DNA from: Cyanophora paradoxa CCMP329
Taxonomy: Eukaryota; Plantae; Glaucophyta
Direction of reading: 5' to 3'
DNA: 64,000 nucleotides
Assembly (NCBI GenBank): GCA_004431415.1
Contig: QPMI01000455.1
Span: 1-64,000, forward strand
The notes beneath the pieces were generated by a model, which saw nothing but the letters and a program-made list of their open reading frames with translations, was not told where the DNA came from and searched no databases. Positions 9,187 to 19,674 of this stretch are shown here, in pieces (the stretch's first letter is position 1; each line of letters starts with the position of its first letter). The position numbers and the translations under genes are program-made.

Positions 9187-12100
9187 ATGTCCTACATCTT
9201 GAAGAAGCCAGTGCCACTTCGTAAAGCTCCAGATTTTGTGGACGATCGGCATGTCAATATTCGCGTATTTGGGAGTACTCTGATTGATTACAATGCGGAC
9301 AAAGATATACACCAGACCGCGTATAATCGCCCAGCTGCGTTAATTCTGCGCAACTCACATGTTGGCGCCCCGAACATTGCACAGAGATTTTGTCTGGGTC
9401 CAGCTGAGAATTATGTCGCCGAAATAATTGGATCCAGGGCGTTGCCGCGACACCTGCGCATTGCCTCCTCAGGCACAGTTTCCAAGTATGATTCTGGTAG
9501 ATTAATATTTAGGCTTCAAAACGATCGAGGGATTCACATATCAGCTCTACGTCTAATTGATGAATCCAATGCTGTCACAAACAAGACTGCAGCTCAAATC
9601 ACTGGGAGAATTCTACTTGGTGAAGATGCAGGAATATCAGTGCTAGCATCGCAAATCCAGCCTTTTCCATACGATTTGCTTTATACAGCTGCACGAGAAT
9701 CAAATATTCTGTACGGTTTTGATGTTACTCAGATAAACACCGAGCCCGCTACCAGGTGTGATATTCCTGGCTGCACCTTTGGATCTATTCTAATTGAGGC
9801 TGACAGGCACCTGCTCCCGGCGTTGCATGACAGTTACGATCTTGGGCTCCGCACCAGGCAGTGGCGAAATATTCATGGAACAAGTATTTACCAAGATGGC
9901 AAAAAAGTAATCACTGAGCCGGAGATAATAAATATTTTCAACTACTACTTTGGACCTATTGTCCCTATACCACCTATACCACCTCTTCCAGGCCTCCCAA
10001 AGCCAAACCCTGAAGGACCTGGGCGTGAGAGGGTTGCTGATGAGACAATCCCATTTGGTCAAAATATTATATCCTGGGAGGCTGTAAGGAATCGCCCCGT
10101 GATAGAACCCTATAAGCATCCGCATGAGGAATACCTACCGCCTGATATCGAAGTTTTCCCACTCGAAATGTACACAGAGCCTGAAGAGCAGTTACTTCCT
10201 GATGGATTAGATGTTCAAGAAATTGAGTACGAGCAGCCTGTGATTCCGCATGAGCAGCTGCTTCCAGATGGATTCGAACCTATTCTCTTCCCCTTGGAGT
10301 TCACGGTAGAGTGGGAATCAATAACCAACAAACCTGAGACTTTTCCGCCGGAGGAACACAGACATGATTGGGACGAGATCGATAATAAGCCTTTGCGGTT
10401 TCCCCCAGAGGATCACAGACATGAGTGGACTGAGATCGATAATATACCAACTGATTTTCCACCAGAAGACCATTTTCATATTTGGGAAGAAGTAAGACAA
10501 CAGCCCTCTTTTGCATCAGCAGGAAATGTATTATTAGGAGATATTAACAATGGTGTCAGTCTTTACCAGAATATAGACACACCACCACGATTGCAATTAA
10601 ACAATTATTATGTGAATCGCAGGGGAATAGATGCAGGCACCACAATGGAAGGCGAATTATATATTAGACCTCCCAGAAGAATAGATTTAATCGCAGCAGG
10701 TGGAGGTATTGAAGTTAAAGAAAATAAACCAGGAATCTATCTAACCAGTTACTACGCTGATGATGTCCCAATGACTATGAGTTTACCACCTCTCCCATCT
10801 GATCCAGTCAATTATGCAAACCATAACGCAACAATACAAATTAATGTGACAAATGTTAGTGATTTAGATGCATCGAGACCTAAATTAATATTCAGTCGCG
10901 AACAACTCGCAGCAGAAACACTTTTAGGAAATCGTGACGATTATAAACAATGCGAGATAGCATGGATCAAAACAAATTATAATGGTGCAGTTCCTGAGGG
11001 TCTCTTAGAAATCAATCAAAGAGCATCAGCGAAAAACATTCACAACGAAAGTATTTCAAGAGTCGTAACAGAGGATTATTTTCGATGGGGAAATATCCCA
11101 GATCCACCCGAAAAATTCCCACAAGAAGACCATACACACATTAAGGCAAATATTACGGATTTTGCACATACTCACGTTAAGGCAGATATTACGGAGTTTG
11201 CACATACTCACATTAAGGCAGATATTACGGATTTTGCACATACACACGTCAAAGCAGATATTACGGATTTTGCCCATACTCACACAAAAGCAAATATTAC
11301 GGATTTTGCACATACTCACGTGAAGGCAGATATTACGGATTTTGCCCATACGCACCTGAAAGCAGATATTACGGATTTTGCTCATACACACGTTAAGGCA
11401 GATATTACAGATTTTGCCCATACACACGTCAAAGCAGATATTACGGATTTCGCCCATATTCACACAAAAGCAGACATCTCAGATTTTGCACATAGGCATA
11501 ATTGGGATGAAATCGATTTACAGCCTACTTTCGCATCGACAGGTAATGTTTTAACTGATGGGACAAATGGTGTAAGTCTTTACCAAAACATTAACACCCC
11601 AGCAAGATTACTATTAAGTAGTTATTACGTGAATCGAAAAGGAATAGATGCAGGCACAACAATGGAAGGCGAATTATATATTAGACCACCCACAAGAACT
11701 ACCTTAGTTGCAGCAGGTGGCGATGCACTAATAGACACAAAACCGGGTATTTATCTTACAAGTTATTACGATAACGAGATACCCCTTACAGCGGGTTTAC
11801 CACCTCTACCATCTGATCCAGCAGCATATGATGACAAAGACGCCACCATACAGATAAACGTAACAGATGTAAGCGCTACTGATGCATCAAGACCCAAACT
11901 TATATTTACCCGTTCAAAATTCGATTATGCACCTCTTGCCGGACAACCCACAGATGATCACGGAAAATGTGAGATTGCATGGATTAAAACGACATCAGGT
12001 GGCGCCTTAGAAGTCAATCAGAGAATGGCGGCGAAAAACTTACACAATACAACCCTTTCAGGAGTTGTTACAGATGATTACCTAACCAATAAAGGATATC

Positions 12101-15041
12101 TCACGTCCGCAGATTTAAGCAGTTATGCAACGGATGCAGAATTAGCGGCAGCGCTTGCGAATTATCTACCTCTTACAGGTGGAACTGTCACCGGAACTGT
12201 GAATGCTACCACTTTACAAATTGGCGGTAACACAATACCGAAAGGTTTCGAATTCGATCAGTTAGATAGTGTTTCGACCGATCGCAGCGCAAATAATTGG
12301 ACAGTCAATTGGACAGGTCATAGAACAGGACTAACGGGCTGTTATACTACACCAGAAAATGACGCTGATAGCAGCGGTTGTTGGATGCGTTGGACAATCC
12401 CAGAAGGTATGAAATCGTTTTATATTCAACTTTTAGTATGGGGAAATTGTCGATATTTTGATATCTACGGTGAAACAGTTAATGGACATCAACATTTCCT
12501 ACGACGAGTGAATAACTATCAAGCCATCCAAAATACCGCAATTCAAGATGGGACTTATCCGGGTATTGTATTTACTTCTATAAACTGTGATTTTTACAAA
12601 AGGTAGTAGTTAAAGGTGTGAAAGGACGTATTTATTTTACGGGTGTTTTTGGATGGAGTCGACAAAGAGCAACAGATAACGATGTAGGATTAGTGCATTA
12701 TGATAATATCGCTTTTAATCCTGTCGGCAAATACTCCGATTTTGATGTTGTGAGTGGTTGGAATAGCACAGGTGTAGACTTTATCGGAAGTTGGACAACA
12801 GCATGGAAACCCACAACATATAATCCAGTAGAAGGATTTTACAGCAATACAAACAATGATGAGACCAGTAGTGACTACGCGCAAGTTGTAGTGCCGGCAG
12901 GAATGAAAACGTGTCACATCCAATACTTATGTTGGACGAATGCGCGATATTTCGATATTCAGGGATACCGCAACGGACGATGGAATTATATCATGAGAGT
13001 GAATACATATCAAAACGTTCAAAACACAGCCGACACACTGTGGCATTCGAGTTTATTATGGACATCTGTATTTTGTGGGAGTTTCTCACATATCGGAATT
13101 TTCGCAAAGAAAGGACGAGTTCACATTGGAATGTTTGGATGGACGAAAGAGGTAGGAAGAACAGCACCAGCGAATGGTTTGATAAGTTGGGATAATGTTT
13201 ATAGTAAACCATCTTTTTATTCAGCCGCAGACCTTCCAGGAACGGCGACATGGGCAATTGACACATGGTTAAAATCAACAGATAACTACGCACGGTTTTG
13301 GTTTGGAAATGCAAATACTACATATATTCGAGGTAGACCCAATAGTGACAGCGTTTGTATTGAATTCAGAAACTCAGCAGATGCGGCATTATTAAAGTCT
13401 TATGAAAACGGCAACCTTTGGGTAAATAATACTTTGTCCGCTCCGACTATAAGTGGAACAATCATTAATGGAGGTTCTATTAATGTTACTACAAACTATA
13501 AATTTGGCGACAAAACAATGCCTCGATGTGTAGAGTATGACGCATCGGTTGCAGGGAGTTCCCCACATGGTTATGCAGGAAGTTGGAGTTTTGAAGGTGG
13601 AACCTCATGGGAACCCTACTATAATTACGGTGGGTATGCTTACAACACTGAGAGTGGCGACACTGTTGTTAGCAGCTCATGGGTCGATTACACAATTCCG
13701 ACGGATCTATATAGAGGAACAGCCCACTTATTATATCTCCCTTGGGTAAATTGTCGTTACTTTGAGATTTGGGGAATCAATAGACAAGGTAATGCGGTTT
13801 TCATTGCAAGAGTGAATAGTTATCATCTACATGACAGCGCACCAGACGGAAACCACAATGGTTTACAAAATATCCCAATCATGCTTGGAAATCGCTTTAT
13901 TCGCCTTCGTATTATTCCAAAGGTAGGAAGAGTTCACATTATGGGCATTGGATTTACTCACAGTTGGACAGGAAGTAGTTATGGTGGACACACAGGGTTT
14001 ATTTCTTGGGATAACATTTATAGTAAGCCAAATCTACTTACACCGAGTTTAGTTGGAAACATTACAGGTTTTGATACTTGGAGTGGAACAGGTAGTGGCG
14101 GTCTATCATTTAGTGGTGGTTGGACAACAGGTTGGACAGCGACAGTTTCTAATCCTGTGGATGGATTTTACAGCAATATAGGAGATGATACTACCAGTGG
14201 AGATTGGGCGCAAATTGAAGTTCCCGCTAATATGAAATCATGTCACGTTCAATATTTGTGTTGGACAACGAGTAGATATTTCGATATTGGAGGTTATCGA
14301 GCGGGTAGATGGTTCCATATTATGCGTGTGAATACTTACCAGGCAATCTCCAATTATGGAACCACAGATTATCATGATGGTTTGGCGTGGGCTACCTTTG
14401 CTTGTGATACGTTTACACACGTAAGATTTGTTGCAAGAAAAGGACGCTGTTACATTGGAATGGTGGGATGGACAAAAGAAAAAGGGAGAACCTCACCCGC
14501 TAATGGTATGATAAGTTGGGATAACGTATTTAGCAAAGACGAGCGCACCACATGGGCTACAAATACTTGGATTACATCAAGTGATGGTTATCAGAGAATG
14601 CATTTCGGTTCAGCATCTACTACATATATTAGAGGTCATGCAGCAACAGTTGTAGAGTTTAGAAATGCATCGGATACAAACATAGCATATATCGAACAAA
14701 GTGGATATATGTATATTGCGGCATATTTGACACAAGGAAGTGACAGACGGTATAAATCGGACATCAAAAAGATAACCGGCGCTCTGAAAGCTGTCGAGCA
14801 ATTAGAAGGAGTTAGTTTTAAACGTATTGGAAATGAAAAAGACGGCACCAAATTAGGATTAATTGCACAAGATGTTCAAAATGTAATACCAGAAGTTGTA
14901 AACAAAAAATATGATGATGGCTACCTATCTCTCGAATACACCGGTTTAATTCCTGTTCTCATAGAAGCCGTTAAAGAATTATCCCAGAAATGCAAGGGTC
15001 TACAAGATCAAATAGACCAATGGCGCAGCCAGGCTGCTTAA
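9187..15041 (+). CDS. Giant phage-like fibre protein with C-terminal peptidase S74 chaperone, frameshifted at ~12600
   Basis: HTHxKADITDFA repeats, YLPLTGGTVTG, SDRRYKSDI...GLIAQDV...LIEAVKEL. ORFs 9187-12606 and 12618-15041 join to match the contiguous B and C proteins. Confidence 0.85.
11131..11490 (+). repeat. 10 x 36-bp coding repeat (HTHxKADITDFA)
   Basis: Directly visible tandem array. Confidence 0.95.
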
Positions 15042-15072
15042 CTGCCGTAATAAAAATGTCACAGTATAATAA

Positions 15073-15381
15073 ATGGCGACCTATCCACTTGGTGGATCTC
15101 CTTCTACTACTACTGAGCCTGTCGCTCTTGCTTTTGATACTATCAAACTTGTAGCCGCACTACAAACCGTCGAAAAAACGATTCAGCAAACTAGCAAACT
15201 GTCCCCAGTTGTTCATGAATATAAAGCCCTCTTGGTAAATGTCCTTGCACAATCGGCTTATGGTGATACTGTCAGCAAGTATAATGAGCTTGACTCTAGC
15301 CTGAAAAATATGATGTTGATGCTTCAAAACCTGTCAGCTACCTATCAGGCCCTGGGATCAAATATGATTACTCCAGCCTAA
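15073..15381 (+). CDS. Conserved small helical protein, likely structural
   Basis: Homologous to 40290-40595 and 59864-60169. Confidence 0.8.
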   Translation: MATYPLGGSPSTTTEPVALAFDTIKLVAALQTVEKTIQQTSKLSPVVHEYKALLVNVLAQSAYGDTVSKYNELDSSLKNMMLMLQNLSATYQALGSNMITPA

Positions 15382-15422
15382 TGTCGACAACCTCATTTAT
15401 TTTTCTCTCGCGTTTCTATTAA

Positions 15423-16271
15423 ATGACCGAGTACAATCGGGTCCAACTACCTATCTACTCGCTGGGCTCCCCAGCCATCCATATGAGACAGCATGAAGTT
15501 AGTGATGCCGTTGCTGGATTAGAGTCCACTGAGCGGCCAAATTCAACTAACGCCTTTGATCAGCGATCCGTGATTCGGTGTAAAGAATTGCGTGCAGATA
15601 AAAACTCTGGGGTTGTAAAAACAACTCGATTACTAGTTACAAACGCGAATTTCTCTCAGCCCATAACAGGAGGAGTCGACTCGTATAGTGTTGATCTTCG
15701 AAGCATAAACTACGATCAAAACACTGCTGCCCTCACTGTGCGTTCTGGAGGAGCGGCTATTACTGGTGCTTGTCGAATAAGTGGTGGACTTTCATCATCA
15801 ATTGCTATTAATGATGTCCCGGACTTCTCATTAGAGAATGTCGAAAATCGTAAACGAGTTCGCATGTATCTTCCTTGCTGTGATCTTCCCTACGCACAAA
15901 CACTAGTAGAAGTCGAAATTACAATTGAAAATTCTAGTACGCCATTTGGTTTAGATGGTGAAAGACTTCTTTCTAACAGAGAAATCCCAAAAGCATTACA
16001 ATCTCTTTGTCAAGACCAGAACGAGCAGATAGGACATGTGTATACATTCTTTGTACAGGGTCTAGGACACGCTGGACGTGGATATGTTGTTCGTAATATC
16101 AATTCAAGACATCTTTTCGATCTATACGCTACTGCTATAGGCAGATATTCTATCCTAATAATTGGCTATCGCTCCGATGTAGCTGCATCAGCGGCTGTTA
16201 GAGGAATTAACCCTGATCCGGCACTGAATAATATGTACGAGGAGAACAATCCTGAAAATCCTATAGCTTGA
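15423..16271 (+). CDS. Putative spike/fibre-associated protein P1
   Basis: Homologous to 40635-41479 and 58970-59824. Paralogous to P2 (ELR.DKN.GVVKTT.LLVTNANF, SGGA.I.G). Confidence 0.75.
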   Translation: MTEYNRVQLPIYSLGSPAIHMRQHEVSDAVAGLESTERPNSTNAFDQRSVIRCKELRADKNSGVVKTTRLLVTNANFSQPITGGVDSYSVDLRSINYDQNTAALTVRSGGAAITGACRISGGLSSSIAINDVPDFSLENVENRKRVRMYLPCCDLPYAQTLVEVEITIENSSTPFGLDGERLLSNREIPKALQSLCQDQNEQIGHVYTFFVQGLGHAGRGYVVRNINSRHLFDLYATAIGRYSILIIGYRSDVAASAAVRGINPDPALNNMYEENNPENPIA

Positions 16272-16299
16272 GTGAAAGTTTTATCTTCTGTTTTCTAAA

Positions 16300-16509
16300 A
16301 TGGAAGCTGTTGAAAGAATTGTTGTTCCCTCGTTGACCCTTGCCGCTCCAGCCAACCACGTCCTGCAGCATGCAGTTTCAGATGATGTGCCCGGCCTAGA
16401 GTCCACAGAGCAGCAGCCAACTCTAAACACCTTCCGGGAGAATCACATATTACGTTTAGGAGAGGTTAGATGCGATAAAAATAATGGAGTGGTCAAAACA
16501 ACAAATCTT
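16300..16509 (+). pseudogene. P2 gene of PLV-A, 5' half (split by PLV-B)
   Basis: ...GVVKTTNL joins in frame to VVTNANF at 44175 once the element and one TSD are removed. Confidence 0.92.
16504..16509 (+). repeat. Target site duplication AATCTT (left)
   Basis: Identical hexamer at 44169-44174. Confidence 0.95.
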
Positions 16510-17382
16510 ACACATAGTAAAATGCGGAGTTTTAACCCTCGGCTTAATCTTAATTGATTTTGTTGATATATCTCGTATATTCTATTTCAATCAATCGATA
16601 ATCTGTGTATATCTTATCGAATATTCATTTATTTCGATTATTTTGTATTCTTTTCGATATTTTATCGTAAATTTCTCTTATTTTCCGATTAGTCTTACTG
16701 AGTCTATCGATAATCTGTATATATTTCCGAATAATATAACTGAATCTCAATTAGATCTTGCCTCTGGTTAAAACTCCGCATTTGACTATGTGTGATTGGA
16801 CTAAAAGTTAATTGATTTAATCGATATTATATTCATGTACTTTCTCGATTAAATTTAATTAAATTTAATTCATTTAATCGGAAACATATCGCTTAACTCG
16901 ATTAAGATCCATAAAAGATTCATTTGTTAAATAAAACAAATAGATCTCTTATTGAATCCAATCGTAATTATACATGAAATTGATATGTTATTATCATGTT
17001 TTAATGAGTCTAAGGGGGGACCCTTAGGATTTTTGAAATAATTGGGTGTCACAGGTGTCACAGGTCCATCCCATCGAAAGGGAAAATCACTCTTTATAGG
17101 GCTTGAGCTGGGATAGACCTGTGACACCTGTGACACAAACCATATTCAGTAAGGACCTCATATATTGTTAAAATCTCAGTGTTAGTTGGTGTAGTTGATT
17201 CAAAAAATGCATTTATACTCTGATTCATTGTTATTTCCTGTGAAATTTGAGTCAACTCAACCCACTTAGTCAACCCTCCCATTGAATTCGTAACAAAATC
17301 CATATACTTTTACTACTTTTACGATTAATATGAGTCAACCTTGAGTCCACTTAAATATAAATATAATATAATAGGGGGAATC
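16510..17382 (+). repeat. Left TIR of PLV-B (873 bp)
   Basis: Near-perfect reverse complement of 43296-44168. Begins ACACATAGTAAAATGCGGAG. Confidence 0.95.
17046..17136. promoter_or_regulatory. Iteron hairpin in the TIR (putative replication origin)
   Basis: 28-bp stem GTGTCACAGGTGTCACAGGTC.ATCCCA / TGGGATAGACCTGTGACACCTGTGACAC. The structure is seen; the function is inferred. Confidence 0.55.
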
Positions 17383-17987
17383 TAGGGCAGATGCTTACTA
17401 AATGCAGTGTTAGATTGATGGGATCATAGATGGGATCACAGTTATCGAAGCAATATAATATAGTTGAATATTCGATATCATAAGTTGATCGCAACGATAA
17501 GTATATGGTTATAAATCGCGATTTTTGAGTTATAATCGAATTTAATCGAATTAATTTTGAATTTCAAAACTCGCTTTAATCGTAATAGCGATCTATACAC
17601 ATTGAGATTCGTATATGTGATTGCAAGTTATTGTTATGTATGATATATGGGATTATATTCGACCGTCAGTGCATCGATTTGATAACTTCCTAGTGATCTA
17701 TATTAAAAACTCACGTTTAATGGATTTTAATCGAATTTAAAATCGAAATTCAAAATCGGTTTCATCGCGATTTGGAGTTACAGTTAGTGAAATTCCGATA
17801 TGGCTCATAAGCGCTGTGACCGCCTTGAAATGCTCGATTTTATGACGTTTTAAGCGCATCGATTTGATAAGTTGGTGTTGAGATATCGTAGCAAACGTTA
17901 ATATTGATTTTCTAGACGGGTACAGCATTAATCTAGAAAAAACCGCGTTTTTTTTTACTTTTCAAGTTTCACGGCGAACGAAGTAAA

Positions 17988-18061
17988 GGTTCCCGAGCGG
18001 ATTTGAACCGCGTAGTTTTGAGTCAGAAATCAAGCGCTCTATTCTCTGAGCCAAAAACGGC
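17988..18061 (-). ncRNA. Degenerate tRNA-like / RNA polymerase III unit
   Basis: Minus strand: D arm GCTC-AGAGAATA-GAGC, TTGA/TCAA stem around TTTCTGAC, T arm GCGG-TTCAAAT-CCGC, 3' end GGGAACC. The acceptor stem is weak (G-U rich). Confidence 0.55.
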
Positions 18062-18309
18062 TTACCACCAAGTCGACTCCTGGGCTAGTGTTTCACCAAG
18101 TCTACTATGGCAAGTGACTTTTGCATCTTCAAACTGTTATATCTCATCACCAGATCATCAAAACGCAACGTTCTGCATATCGCTGTGAAGCGCTTGATAA
18201 GATCTACAAGACTATGTGTATATCATGTGCATATATGTATATCAGTCATACATATATTTGGAAAAAACGAGTTTTTGCCTAGCAAACTAGCTAGTTTTGG
18301 TCCTTTCTC

Positions 18310-19671
18310 TTAGTGTTCTCTGAGGTTTAGGGCTGTATATGACTCCTTAGTAGTCTGAAAGTCATTATACCATCTCTGGCTATTAACCTCAGAAAGTTTC
18401 TGTGTCCCTGCTATAGTGAGCTTTTTGAGTTCCCTGTTAACTTTCCCAGCCTTCTCCTTTCTAGCCTCTATCAAAGGCTTATCTGGGACTTCATTAGCAG
18501 CTTCTATGCCTTCTCTCCTTATAGCAGCATCAGCCCTGGCTTCCTCTTTAGCTTGCTCCAAGGCATCCACTGTAGGGGTTTCTAGATATTCAACTGCATT
18601 CACAGGCAACAGCTCATGGAAAGCAAACCTGTTTTCTATGATCTCACCAGTGGGACTCCTTAGCTTAAACTTAAAGCCTTCCCTACTATCAACAGTGTAA
18701 ACCATCCTAGACCAATTGTTACCCTGTTTAGCAAAGGGGTTCTTCTCAACTTTCACTCTAACAAACATGCCAGGCTGCATGGTATCAAGGTAAGCTATTG
18801 ATTTCTTGAATCTTTCATCTTCTAATCCCACTATATACCTATAATGCTCCTCTGTAGTTTCGCCTGGCTTCATCTTAGTAGCTGAGTGAACTGTATTATT
18901 GTAATTATACTCAATATCACCTAACACATCAAAGAATCTAGCTGTGTTATTAGCTATGCAATAGTTTGTGATCAGTCTCTTAATCTGCTTGTTAAAGGCT
19001 TCAATTCGACCTTGGCTTCTATGGTCAGCAGTTCCACTCACTTGGTGTTCTATGAATTTACTAGATAAATACTCCTGGAATATTCGATTTTGGAATTCAC
19101 TCCCAGCATCTGATTGAACTTTTACTATGGGTCTTGCCACTCTCATTTCAAGCTGTTTAAATGCAGCTAATGTAGTGAGAGCTGATTTATCCCTTATAGG
19201 TATGATATACCCAGTTCTCAGTGTAGATTCCATTGCAGTCATAAAGGTATCATAGCCATTGTTTTGTTTCTTATAAGCTGGGAAAAAGAGCAAATCAATC
19301 ACATAGGTATCAAGGGGTTGCCTAATTGGGACCATGGGATCTCTCTTCCTAGATATAGAAGGTGCATTGATCTGAACAACTTCTTGTTTTTTATAGAACT
19401 CTTGCAACTGCTTATAGGATTCATCAGGTAACTCAGCCCTCATAGCTTGAAGCCCTTTGTAACCAGTTCTCACATCATAGAATCTCTTGGCAATCTTGCT
19501 GGTTTCTTTCACTGCAATAGCAACTGGGATCTCTACTGGGACAAGCTCTTTCATCTCTGACTTTTTTACAATTCGAGATTCTCCCTTTTCCTCCTTGGGA
19601 ACTGTGATAGGCAGTAGGTTACCTTGCAGTTGCTCAGTGGTTCTCCTAACTATTCTTCCAGTTGCTGGCAT
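18310..19671 (-). CDS. rve/DDE integrase (Polinton type)
   Basis: YVIDLLFF, VQSDAGSEFQN, SQGRIEAFNKQIK, NYNNTVHSATKMKP. Intact ORF. Confidence 0.92.
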   Translation of the reverse strand: MPATGRIVRRTTEQLQGNLLPITVPKEEKGESRIVKKSEMKELVPVEIPVAIAVKETSKIAKRFYDVRTGYKGLQAMRAELPDESYKQLQEFYKKQEVVQINAPSISRKRDPMVPIRQPLDTYVIDLLFFPAYKKQNNGYDTFMTAMESTLRTGYIIPIRDKSALTTLAAFKQLEMRVARPIVKVQSDAGSEFQNRIFQEYLSSKFIEHQVSGTADHRSQGRIEAFNKQIKRLITNYCIANNTARFFDVLGDIEYNYNNTVHSATKMKPGETTEEHYRYIVGLEDERFKKSIAYLDTMQPGMFVRVKVEKNPFAKQGNNWSRMVYTVDSREGFKFKLRSPTGEIIENRFAFHELLPVNAVEYLETPTVDALEQAKEEARADAAIRREGIEAANEVPDKPLIEARKEKAGKVNRELKKLTIAGTQKLSEVNSQRWYNDFQTTKESYTALNLREH

Positions 19672-19674
19672 CTC

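Larger units (their letters stand above)
744..16509. mobile_element. Polinton-like virus A, left segment
   Basis: Integrase, ATPase, MCP, two penton-like genes, patatin and fibre, in the same order as the PLV-B structural block. Interrupted by PLV-B at 16510. Confidence 0.85.

Noticed and set aside
11131-11490. 36-bp repeat arrays as CRISPR
   Set aside because: Contiguous in-frame coding repeats with no spacers, and no cas genes.
12601-12610. TAG TAG read-through or an alternative genetic code
   Set aside because: The homologous protein continues in a different frame, and other genes end normally at TAG, TAA and TGA.
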